The position numbers and the translations under genes were made by a program. Below the pieces are notes generated by a model. That model was not told where the DNA came from. It saw only the letters and a program-made list of their open reading frames with translations, and made no database searches. A stretch of 64,000 nt of DNA from Acidobacteriota bacterium (GTDB lineage: Bacteria > Acidobacteriota > UBA6911 > RPQK01 > JBOGJG01). Position 1 is the first letter of the stretch. Every line of letters starts with the position of its first letter. Below, piece after piece: positions 1 to 8,568 of this stretch. Where the stretch lies: positions 17,479 to 81,478 of the forward strand of contig JBOGJG010000300.1 of NCBI GenBank assembly GCA_050747825.1, read 5' to 3'.

Positions 1-396
1 TGCGCAAAGCGACCGTAGGCAACCCGCTGGTGGCCAGGTCGGGCACAGCCGGCTGCTTGGGCAGGACCAGCGTGAACGGCCCCGGCCAAAAGGCTTGGGC
101 CAGACCCTCGGCTCTTTGCCGGGCCGCACCGGAGAGCTGGTCTAAATCAATTAGTCCCATGCCTGCGAGTCTCTCCAGATTCGAAATTGGGACATGAATA
201 ATCAGTGGGTCGAAGCTGGGCCGCTCTTTAACCTCAAATATTTTGATCAGAGCACTCTTGTTGAAGGCGGCGCCGGCCAGGCCATAGACCGTCTCAGTTG
301 GGATGGCCACGACCTGCCCACGGCGGATTTCTTCAGCAGCCAGCGCGATGTTCGGAACTGACGGCGGCAGAATGCGTGCAGTCACTGGATTATCTT
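1..396 (-). CDS. tsaC: L-threonylcarbamoyladenylate synthase (Sua5/YciO/YrdC family). The N-terminal part lies in the window and the gene runs off the 5' edge.
   Basis: The reverse-complement translation reads ...VPNIALAAEEIRRGQVVAIPTETVYGLAGAAFNKSALIKIFEVKERPSFDPLIIHVPISNLERL...GPFTLVLPK. This matches the YrdC/Sua5 signature TE(T)VYGL. A GTG start is likely near 396. Confidence 0.6.
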
Positions 397-454
397 AGCA
401 TCGGCTCAGAAGTGGCCCCAATTTCTGATAGAAATAGAAGTAAAGGAGACAACC

Positions 455-742
455 ATGCTTTCAGTTGCGATTACTCGAAATAATTCCATTGAAAGAGCCA
501 TCAAGGAGGCTCTCGGTTACCTTAAACTGGAAGACCTGATTAAGGGCAAAGTTGTGGCCATCAAACCCAACGACACCTGGGCCTCCAAAGAGGACACCAG
601 CGCGCTGACGCAGCCCGACACGCTGCGCGCTACCATCCGCTACCTGAACCAATTCAGTCCGCGGGAGCTCATTGTCACCGGGGGAGCTGGGGCCGCCGAA
701 ACCGACGATGTGTTTCGCATTTCCGGGATAGAACCTGTATGA
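455..742 (+). pseudogene. DUF362-domain protein, N-terminal fragment only (95 aa; full-length proteins are about 350-400 aa)
   Basis: KVVAIKPN...IVTGGAGAAE resembles the DUF362 N-terminus. The ORF stops immediately before a 270-bp nested-hairpin repeat element, and no downstream continuation is seen. Confidence 0.4.
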
Positions 743-764
743 ACATTGACTTTCTACGCCGGAA

Positions 765-1036
765 GACCCAGGGACGTTCTCTCGTTTACCGGTTTTCTAG
801 AAACCCAAAAATATGGTAAACGAGTCGTTCATGGCCCCCTTGGGGGTACCTGGAAACGATGAAAATAATGATCGGAGCAGGACCTACAACAGCGGGCCCG
901 CTTCCTCACGGTCGCGGCTCGGTCGAGTGGCATCTGTGATCATATCCGAGCCGCGGCCGTGCACCCCAAGGGTACCAGGCGGGCCCTGATCAACGCCGCT
1001 CCGATTTATTTTCGAGAGAGTAGAGCGTCCCTGGAT
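765..1036. repeat. Nested palindromic (MITE/REP-like) element, family A
   Basis: Outer inverted repeat cccagggacgttctctcg / cgagagagtagagcgtccctgg. Middle IR ggcccccttgggggtacctgg / ccccaagggtaccaggcgggcc. Inner core ctcacggtcgcggctcgg...ccgagccgcggccgtg, which recurs at 8537, 10381, 43061, 50858 and 54632. Confidence 0.55.
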
Positions 1037-1150
1037 TTTGTATAATGCTTGCTAGTGGCAGCCAGCAAATTCCTCGTGAGATTTATGCTTTTCGCTGCGC
1101 CGGTTCTGCTGTCGAGTCAGCCGGTTCTGGCTAAGTCTACTTCATAACAA

Positions 1151-2147
1151 TTGGAATTTTTTGAAAAGAAAGTCAGGCCGGTGCTGGCGACGCATTGCTA
1201 CGAGTGTCACAGCGCGGAAGCGCCGGCTCCGATGGGAGGCCTGCTCGTGGATACGCGGGAAGGCCTTCTAAAAGGAGGCAGCAGAGGTCCGGCTGTCGTT
1301 CCCGGAGATCCCCAAAGCAGCCGGCTGATTCAGGCTCTCTCCTATACTGGCCTTGACTTGAGGATGCCTCCAAGCGGCAAGCTGGAAGGGAGACAAATCG
1401 AGGACCTGGTGACCTGGATCAGGATGGGCGCCCCCGCTCGGGCCGCTTGCAGTTGGCCGACTGGGTGGCCGGCCCGCAAAATCCTTTGACCGCTCGCGTC
1501 ATGGCCAATCGGATCTGGAAGCACCATTTCGCTGCAGGAATCGTCCGATCCGAGGATAACTTCGGCCAGACCGGTGAACGCCCCACCCATCCTGAGTTGC
1601 TCGACTTTCTGGCGCAGCAATTCTGGCTGTCGCGGGGACACTCAACCGGAAACCTTTCGGTCCTTCGGTGCCCCCGCATATCAGCCCATATCAGGATGGC
1701 CGAGGCAAACCTGTGTCCGGGCCGCTGGATGGCAACGGCCGCCGAAGCATTTACATTCAAGTCCGGCGAAACTTCCTGACGCCGATGTTTCTGGCCTTTG
1801 ATTATCCTCTTCCCATCTCAACCATCGGAGCGCGGAGCGTCTCCACGGTTCCGTCACAGCCACTGATGATGATGAACAATGAGTTCATCGCCGGTCAGGC
1901 CAGAGAATGGGCAGGGCGATTGATCCAGTCCGAAGAGGACATCCCTCGCCGCATTCACAGGCTCTATCAGCGGGCTTTCGGACGCCCCGCGGAGGATCGC
2001 GAGGTAATTGAAATCAGGGATTTCCTGGAAGGGCAGAAGGCGCGTTATCAGGCTCTCTTGAAACCGCAGCCTGAACTCGAGCACCAGGTCTGGGCCGACC
2101 TGCGCCACGTGCTGATCAATTCCGCAGAGTTTATTTATATCCGCTAA
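1151..2147 (+). pseudogene. Decayed PSCyt1 (CxxCH) / PSD1 (DUF1553) family gene, split over three reading frames and missing the central DUF1549 region
   Basis: Frame 1 gives ...VLATHCYECHS..., a Planctomycete-cytochrome-C PSCyt1-like motif. Frame 2 gives ...[46 protein letters not shown], a PSD1-like motif. Frame 3 gives the C-terminal ...[23 protein letters not shown].... The total is about 330 codons versus about 800-1100 for intact members. Confidence 0.55.
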
Positions 2148-2150
2148 AGG

Positions 2151-2739
2151 ATGAGCAAAAGCATGAAACATCGGATGAGTTTTTCAGAGCCGGGGATGAG
2201 CCGAAGAAAGATGCTCTGCAAGTGCGCCAACGGTTTTGGTGGACTGGCGCTGGCTTGCCTGATAGCTGAAAAGCAGGCGGCGCTTTCCTCGAACGCCACA
2301 AATCCGCTGGCGGCGCGTCCCCCGCATTATGAGCCCAGGGCGAAATCGGTCATTTTTCTATTCATGGACGGCGGGCCCTCTCAGATCGACACTTTTGACC
2401 CCAAGCCTCGGCTCGACACTAGTCACCAAAACACCTCCGACGGTCGCCCTTTTTCTCCAGGTTCTCCGGGAACTCGTGCCTTCGGCGCCGACCATAGAAG
2501 TCGTTGATCCGGAGCTGTTTGACCCTTCGGTCCTGAGCGCCTCCGAAAAGGCGGTATACCAATCGATACGGCCCTACTTGAACTACCTGAACAGGGATCT
2601 CAGATTCGACGCCCGAAATACGGAGCACGCTCTGGCCCGGTTGGGATTGACCTTTCCAAAAACCGGCGAAGATTTTCTACGCACGATTTGCCGACGTCGC
2701 CTGGACAGCCTGGCGGTGACACGCTTTGTACATTTGTGA
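2151..2739 (+). pseudogene. DUF1501-family (sulfatase-like) protein, Tat-signal N-terminus only, truncated or frameshifted
   Basis: MSRRKMLCKCANGFGGLALA is a twin-arginine signal peptide. ...VIFLFMDGGPSQIDTFDPKP is the typical DUF1501 N-terminus and the usual partner of PSD1 genes. The frame ends after 118 aa and a second frame continues to 2739. Confidence 0.5.
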
Positions 2740-3340
2740 GCGGTGACGACCGGTTCAGTGGGCGGGCAACGGCTCCCAACGGGTCAGCGTATAGGAACAG
2801 GGGACAGGAGATTAATTCGGCCTGAATTGGCTTGCCCATGATCGCGGCGCCTCTCTATACTTGCGTCACAGAGTCATGCGCATCACGACCCTCCTCTTTT
2901 CAATGCAACTGGAGGACGACTGCATCGTCGTCACGCGCAGTTCGGTTTTTAAGCTTCTGAATGTAAATCAGGAAAACTGTTGAGACTTAACCTTGCCGGA
3001 AACAGCACGGTTCAAAACCTCCCCTCTCGATACAGGGATGATACTCGGATATTTGTCTGCTCTTGTCCAGCGATTTCTAGGCGATCAGTGAGACAAGAAG
3101 AGACAACACATTCGACAGGTCTGAGCTGCTGCAGCCGTTGACGTTTGAAAGAATCGAGCATTCCGAGTCAGACTCCGACAATCGTTTTGATTCCGGAGAA
3201 GAATCGCGCAGGTTGAAGGAGGTCAGGCTAAGCTCTCCGAGGGCAGGGCCGTGAAGCCTTCCCTCTCGGCGGCTTCAACCACGGCACGCTTGTCGCGAAC
3301 AAATTGCCAACCCAATCAGTTTGCTTGACGATCATCCTGT

Positions 3341-3388
3341 TGATTCATAAAATGATTCATAGTGAATCGATTCGTGAATCATTCAATT
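3341..3388. promoter_or_regulatory. Direct and inverted repeats (tgattcat / tgaatca) immediately upstream of vapB; likely a TA autoregulatory operator or promoter
   Basis: The sequence is ttgattcataaaatgattcatagtgaatcgattcgtgaatcattcaa, with ttgacg about 20 bp upstream. It sits 20 bp before the vapB start. Confidence 0.35.
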
Positions 3389-3408
3389 CTTGTTAATAAG
3401 GTAGGCGG

Positions 3409-3672
3409 TTGATGAATCAACTTTCGCTGCGCGGCTTCGATGACGAGTTACGGAAAAAGATACGGGAACTGGCAAAGAGCCGGGGGATTTCGTTGAACAA
3501 GGCGACGCTGATCCTGCTTCGCAAGGCGGCAGGACTCCCGGAGCCCGGCGAAGGATCGGGAGGCGTCGGATCTTCTTTAGACCACCTTATCGGGGCATGG
3601 TCGAAAAAGGAAGAGAAGGAGTTTCTGCAATCAATCGAGGTCTTTGAAAAGGTTGACGAGGCGCTCAGTTGA
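3409..3672 (+). CDS. vapB: Type II antitoxin, VapB-like
   Basis: An 87-aa ORF that overlaps the downstream PIN toxin by 4 bp (ATGA). Small, charged N-terminal DNA-binding-like region. Confidence 0.6.
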   Translation: MMNQLSLRGFDDELRKKIRELAKSRGISLNKATLILLRKAAGLPEPGEGSGGVGSSLDHLIGAWSKKEEKEFLQSIEVFEKVDEALS

Positions 3673-4061
3673 TAAAGATTCTTCTGGATACGAACGCATA
3701 CGCAGCCCTGATGCGAGGACATTCTGAGACCGCCCGGCTGGTTCGGTCAGCCGAACGACTGTTCCTTTCGCCGATCGTGGCCGGAGAATTGATGTTCGGC
3801 TTTCGAAATGGCGCTCGCTATGAGCAGAATCTGAAGGAATTCGAGGAGTTCAGCCGGAACCCGTTTGTCGAGTTCATCCCGGTGACGCTCACGACGGCGG
3901 ATCGCTTCAGCCGTATCGCGCTGGCACTCAAGCGCAAAGGGTCTCCCATTCCCAGCAACGACATCTGGATAGCAGCTCAAGCCATGGAGACGGGTGCGGA
4001 TCTTCTTTCCTTCGATCGACACTTTGATTCTATTGACGGGCTGGTTTGGATTTCCCCTTAA
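3669..4061 (+). CDS. vapC: PIN-domain ribonuclease toxin VapC
   Basis: MIKILLDTNAY...D...NDIWIAAQA. Conserved PIN acidic residues are present, the protein is 130 aa and it is translationally coupled to the antitoxin. Confidence 0.8.
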   Translation: MIKILLDTNAYAALMRGHSETARLVRSAERLFLSPIVAGELMFGFRNGARYEQNLKEFEEFSRNPFVEFIPVTLTTADRFSRIALALKRKGSPIPSNDIWIAAQAMETGADLLSFDRHFDSIDGLVWISP

Positions 4062-4168
4062 CTTCGGCCCAACTGAGCGCTCTGTGCGCCCCTAACTACC
4101 ACTTCAGCGGCCGCGATATGCGACTGACCGACGTTCATGGAAGCGTTGTCAAGGAGATTCTAAAATAA

Positions 4169-4192
4169 ATATAGAGGGAGCGTCCCTCTATT
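4169..4192. terminator. Palindromic hairpin (atagagggagcgtccctctat) between convergent vapC and the Gfo/Idh/MocA gene
   Basis: An inverted repeat followed by a T-rich run. It shares the ccctctatttcc arm with the hairpins at 30275 and 59901. Confidence 0.4.
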
Positions 4193-4202
4193 TCCTCTAT
4201 TT

Positions 4203-5543
4203 CTACACCTTCTCAGGCACCACGTATGGCTTCCGATAGGTCCGGGCCAGGAGCTTGTCGGCCTCTGGGTCGCCGACAAAACGCTCGGCTTTCGAGTCGA
4301 ACTCTACGGAACGGCCCACGCGGTAGGAAATGTTGCCCAGGTGGCAGATCGTCGTTGACAGATGGCCTTCTTCAATTCCGGACCTGAGATCCTGCGATTT
4401 GCGCGAGCGTAGGCTGTCGATAAAGTTCTGAAAGTGCGCCTGACCGGGGTCGCTTCGTTCCTCAGCCGTAAATGTGGGACCAGGCTCACTGCGCCGGCCC
4501 AGATAAACCTGAGCTGTGCCATCGCCCAATTTCATCCAGCCTTTGGCGCCGAAGATAAACACGCCTGCGGCCTCGCCGGGACCCGAGTACCAGTTGCGCA
4601 GGTCACAATGAATCTCTGTACCGTCCGCATACTGGAAGGCGGCATACTGGGTGTTAGGAACTTCCTGATCAGACGGAGCACCGCCCTGATAGAGCCCGCC
4701 AATGCAGTAAGCCGTGCGAGGATGCTCCTGCTTGCCCAGAGCCCAACGCACCACGTCCAGTGAGTGAACGGCCGTATTGCCCAGGTCGGTCGTGCCGTAC
4801 TCCCAGAACCAGTGCCAGTGGTAGTGGAAATGATTTTCATTGAAGGAACGCGCCGGCGCCGGGCCAAGCCAGAGATCGTAATCGACGCCCTCAGGAACCG
4901 GGCTGTCGCCGCACACGCCAATCGGGTCGCGGGCGCGGTATATAGTGGTCTTTCCGGAGTAGATCTCCCCCAGTCCTCCCTCCCTCAGAAATTGAACCGC
5001 CTGGGCCAAAATGGGATTGCTACGCCTTTGAGTTCCGACTGCGACCACGCGATTGTATTTTCGAGCGGCCTCAATCATTTTGCGGCCCTCGAAGATATTG
5101 TGGCTGGCCGGCTTTTCAACGTACACGTCTTTTCCGGCCTGACAGGCCCAGATGGTCATCAGGGCATGCCAGTGATCCGGCGCTGCGATCGTGACGGCAT
5201 CGACATCCGGATTGTCCAAAACACGACGGAAGTCAGTCTCAGTCTTGGGCTCGCCTCCAAATCTTTCCTTCAGGTAGCCCAGGGAGCCCGCGAAGTGGCG
5301 TGGATCGATATCGACGACATGGGTGATGCGCACGTTGGGAATGGCTGCAAGGTGGCCATAATGTTCTTGGCCGCGTCCCCGGCCAGTCCAGGTCGGATGC
5401 CCTTTGTTGTCGCCTCGAATTCCGAGGACGGCGACGTTGATCGTGTCGTTCGGACTCATCCGGGCATAACCTTCTTTCGGCAGCGCTGCGGCAAGTCCTG
5501 CTGCGGCAGCGGCCGATCTGGAAATGAAATCACGTCGGTTCAT
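4203..5543 (-). CDS. Gfo/Idh/MocA-family oxidoreductase with Tat signal peptide
   Basis: MNRRDFISRSAAAAAGLAAA is a Tat signal. INVAVLGIRG is the Rossmann motif, and ...EKP... is the conserved Gfo/Idh/MocA Lys-Pro motif. Confidence 0.85.
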   Translation of the reverse strand: MNRRDFISRSAAAAAGLAAALPKEGYARMSPNDTINVAVLGIRGDNKGHPTWTGRGRGQEHYGHLAAIPNVRITHVVDIDPRHFAGSLGYLKERFGGEPKTETDFRRVLDNPDVDAVTIAAPDHWHALMTIWACQAGKDVYVEKPASHNIFEGRKMIEAARKYNRVVAVGTQRRSNPILAQAVQFLREGGLGEIYSGKTTIYRARDPIGVCGDSPVPEGVDYDLWLGPAPARSFNENHFHYHWHWFWEYGTTDLGNTAVHSLDVVRWALGKQEHPRTAYCIGGLYQGGAPSDQEVPNTQYAAFQYADGTEIHCDLRNWYSGPGEAAGVFIFGAKGWMKLGDGTAQVYLGRRSEPGPTFTAEERSDPGQAHFQNFIDSLRSRKSQDLRSGIEEGHLSTTICHLGNISYRVGRSVEFDSKAERFVGDPEADKLLARTYRKPYVVPEKV

Positions 5544-5558
5544 AAAATTCTCCTTTGT

Positions 5559-6329
5559 TTACCGAATCTGAGAGTAATCCGTTGGGCGCAAGAAAGAGGC
5601 ATGGATATTAGACACCGTGCCGGCCCATTCCGGCCTGTCCTTGATGCGGACCCAGTCCGGATGAGCCGAGAAAGTACTCCAGGCCTTGTCCCGCGCAGCC
5701 ATATCCTTGAAGGCGACTGAGTAAGTGAAGTGAGGTAGACGGGTTCCGAAGATGGTCTCACCGAAGAATACCGGCCCAAAGCCGGCCTTCCGAAAGATCT
5801 CAATTTCTTCCTGGTTGAACATGTCCATTTTGGCCGCCAGATCCACGTCATTTTTGGACTCGTACGTCCGCAACTCAAAAATGTGAGGGGCAGCGCTGCT
5901 GTCCGGCAACTCAATCTTAGGGTGAGCCGAAAACGCTTTCAGCAAGGATGATTCATAACGCACATAAGGCAGTTGGGAGGAGGACTCAAAGGATTTCGAG
6001 GCCTTGTTGTAATCCGCGTCTGAAGCCAATTTCCCAGCCAGGGCCTGCACTTCTCCAAGGGACTTGTATGGGACCAGCACAATTAGCGAAGGCGTATTCA
6101 AACCCGATATGGGACTAAAGCAGCCGATCGGTCCGATTCCCTGCCGCTGCATTGCCGGGATGAAGTGCTCTCGAAAAAAGCCGTTCATTCGCGCCGGCTC
6201 GATATCATTGCGCAGATCGTAGACCCGAAGTTCGTAAAAAGACCGATCTGGCTCGGCCTGCGCCTGCACTTGAGTGGCCGTTCCCGCTGCAACGGCCAAG
6301 CCTGTCTTCAAAAACTGACGACGCTTCAT
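5559..6329 (-). CDS. NIPSNAP-family protein (two NIPSNAP domains) with Tat signal
   Basis: MKRRQFLKTGLAVAAG is a Tat signal. Two repeats of the YELRVY / FELRTY stress-responsive dimeric alpha/beta-barrel motif follow. Confidence 0.55.
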   Translation of the reverse strand: MKRRQFLKTGLAVAAGTATQVQAQAEPDRSFYELRVYDLRNDIEPARMNGFFREHFIPAMQRQGIGPIGCFSPISGLNTPSLIVLVPYKSLGEVQALAGKLASDADYNKASKSFESSSQLPYVRYESSLLKAFSAHPKIELPDSSAAPHIFELRTYESKNDVDLAAKMDMFNQEEIEIFRKAGFGPVFFGETIFGTRLPHFTYSVAFKDMAARDKAWSTFSAHPDWVRIKDRPEWAGTVSNIHASFLRPTDYSQIR

Positions 6330-6407
6330 GCTGCCTCCAATTTTAAAGGCTTGAGGCCTGAGGCCCGAGGCCTATGTTACCATTTTACTAACAGTCAACT
6401 TCCCGTC

Positions 6408-7301
6408 TCAGAAGAATGGAAACAATACTTTGAACTCCTCAGGACTGGGCATAGAGCCGTATTCAGAGATCTCGAAGGCTTCCGCGTATTTGACCTGACG
6501 GCCCTTCTCCGCTCCGTACAGCTCGACTAATTTCTGGCGGTACTGATCCGCCGTGGATGCGGAGCGCGGCTTCCACATGTCCCCCAGCCAAGCGCGTCGC
6601 TTGGAAGGGTCGCTGGGCACCTGGTCCAGATAACCGGCATTATAGGGAAGCCACTCGTAAACCTGCGACTCATGGCAGTGATACATATCGATCTTCTTCT
6701 CGATGACATCATCAATCGAGACCACCCAGTCGGGCTCAAAAGGATTCGGTTGCGTAAAGCGATCGCTCATGTAAACGAAGATCGGATTTTTCATCAAATG
6801 GGGAATGGCGGCGACCACATTAGGCACCGTGACCATATAGGCGGCGTCACGCACCAGAAGTCCGGTGTTGCGATGGTCCGGATGATAGTCGTTGGGTCGA
6901 TGGGTAATGACAATGTCAGGCTTGGCCTCGCGGATGACTTGGATGATTTGCCGTCTGTTTTCCAGTGTCGGCATCAACTCTCCGTCATGGTTGTCCAGGA
7001 CGATGTACTCAGCGCCGATGGCGGCGCCGGCGCAGTACGATTCTTTTATGCGCCGCTGGGCCAGGGGACCGCCACCCATTTCCTGATGGCCGGCATCGCC
7101 GTTGGTCACGGCGACCAAGCGTACCGTATGACCCTGCTGGACATATTTTGCCGCCGTTCCGCCGGATTTTTCGGCGTCATCCGGATGAGCGCCAATGATC
7201 AGAATGCTCAACTTGTCAGCGGTGGTATTCACTTGACTGAAAATCATTAGAAAACTGAAAAGTAATACACAGGTTAATGATAAAAGCTTTATAGGTCTCA
7301 T
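6408..7301 (-). CDS. PIG-L (LmbE-like) family N-acetylglucosaminyl deacetylase, secreted
   Basis: The AHPDDAE motif and HRPNDYHPDH are present, with a signal peptide. Confidence 0.8.
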   Translation of the reverse strand: MRPIKLLSLTCVLLFSFLMIFSQVNTTADKLSILIIGAHPDDAEKSGGTAAKYVQQGHTVRLVAVTNGDAGHQEMGGGPLAQRRIKESYCAGAAIGAEYIVLDNHDGELMPTLENRRQIIQVIREAKPDIVITHRPNDYHPDHRNTGLLVRDAAYMVTVPNVVAAIPHLMKNPIFVYMSDRFTQPNPFEPDWVVSIDDVIEKKIDMYHCHESQVYEWLPYNAGYLDQVPSDPSKRRAWLGDMWKPRSASTADQYRQKLVELYGAEKGRQVKYAEAFEISEYGSMPSPEEFKVLFPFF

Positions 7302-7353
7302 TGTGGGGAAACAATAGGAGAAATTGCGAAAAAGAGCAAGGGGTTTAAAGGCC

Positions 7354-8514
7354 TCAGGCCTCTATTAGCGCCTGTTCGAGATCCTCCATCAGGTCCTCCG
7401 TGGCTTCAAGACCGACAGACATGCGGATGAGGCCATTGGCGATGCCCAGAGCCCGCCGTTCCTCCGCCGGCATTCCCACATGAGAAGTGGTAGCGGGCAA
7501 GGTGACCAGAGTTTCGGGTCCACCCAGGCTGGGCGCATTGATGGGAATAGAAGCCCGCTCCAGGAATCTCAGGGCAGACTCCAGACCTGCTTTGAGCTCG
7601 AAGCTGAGCATCCCGCTAAACCCGTCCAGCAGACCGCGCGCCCTCTCATGCTGAGGATGACTTTCCAGGCCCGGGTAATTGACCCTGGCCACGGCCGGAT
7701 GAGCTTCCAGGAAGCGAGAAAGCTGGAGCGCACTTTCATTCTGATATCGAACCCGCAAAGCCAGTGTCTTGATCCCGCGGTGCAAGAGAAAGCAGGCATG
7801 GGGATCGAGCATGCCTCCCAGGTGATTGAGGCGCTTGCGCACTCGCTCGATCAGATCAGCCCGGCCGATTACGGCGCCCGCTGCAATATCGGAGTGCCCG
7901 TTCAAGTATTTGGTCCCGCTGTGAAGGGAAATATCGAATCCATGCTCCGCCGGACGGAAGTTGATGGGACTGGCAAACGTATTATCAATAACCGCCGTTA
8001 GTCCGTGGATCTTTGCAAACTCAACGGCCGCCTCCAGATCGGCAACTTCCATGAGTGGATTGGAGAGCGTCTCGACATAAATGACACGCGTCTTGTCCCG
8101 AAGACGGCTCTTCCAGGTATCGGGAGCGCCGGCATCGATGAAATCACAGGAAATCCCGAGCGCGGGCAAGTCGTGGGCGATCAGCATATGGGTGCCACCG
8201 TAAAGCCCCCGTTGAGCCAGCAGATGATCGCCTGAAGCCAGCAGCGTCAAGAGAGTCGTCGAAATAGCCGCCATGCCGCTGGCGGTCACCAGCGCGGCTT
8301 CAGCGTTCTCGAGCGCTGCCAATTTATTATGAAGAACGAGGTGATTCGGGGAGTTGCTCAGCCTGACATAGCGGATGTCCTCGTAGCGACGTTCGCCCCC
8401 GAACTCGTAGGTGGAACTCTGAAAGATGGGCATGGCAACTGAGCCCTCGATTCGAGGCTCCGGCTCGCCCGAGTGAATGATCTTGGTTTCAATGCGTTGC
8501 ACATGTTTAGCCAT
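7354..8514 (-). CDS. Cys/Met-metabolism PLP-dependent enzyme (cystathionine gamma-synthase / beta-lyase / methionine gamma-lyase family)
   Basis: ...FQSSTYEF... and HSGTKYLNGHSD, the PLP-lysine motif. The 386-aa length fits the family. Confidence 0.85.
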   Translation of the reverse strand: MAKHVQRIETKIIHSGEPEPRIEGSVAMPIFQSSTYEFGGERRYEDIRYVRLSNSPNHLVLHNKLAALENAEAALVTASGMAAISTTLLTLLASGDHLLAQRGLYGGTHMLIAHDLPALGISCDFIDAGAPDTWKSRLRDKTRVIYVETLSNPLMEVADLEAAVEFAKIHGLTAVIDNTFASPINFRPAEHGFDISLHSGTKYLNGHSDIAAGAVIGRADLIERVRKRLNHLGGMLDPHACFLLHRGIKTLALRVRYQNESALQLSRFLEAHPAVARVNYPGLESHPQHERARGLLDGFSGMLSFELKAGLESALRFLERASIPINAPSLGGPETLVTLPATTSHVGMPAEERRALGIANGLIRMSVGLEATEDLMEDLEQALIEA

Positions 8515-8536
8515 TGGTTTTTTACCTCAGCAGGGC

Positions 8537-8568
8537 CGCTCCCTCACAGTCGCGGCTCGATTCGGGCC
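8537..8568. repeat. Family A palindromic repeat, half copy
   Basis: gggccgctccctcacagtcgcggctcg in the 54-bp spacer between the PLP-enzyme gene and tctA. Confidence 0.5.

Noticed and set aside
2740-3408. 670-bp ORF-free, lower-GC gap; possible ncRNA or deleted gene
   Set aside because: There is no convincing structured-RNA signature or conserved promoter/terminator pair visible by eye. It is more likely debris of the adjacent gene-decay zone. Only mentioned under the TA finding.
4764-5720. 318-aa plus-strand ORF
   Set aside because: It is antisense to the Gfo/Idh/MocA oxidoreductase gene, which has a clear Tat signal and Rossmann fold.
6340-6380. ggcctgaggcc tandem words near 6350, 7345 and 8560
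   Set aside because: These are short AGGCCT-based palindromic words that form ordinary terminator stems after convergent gene ends. They are too short and variable to call a repeat family.
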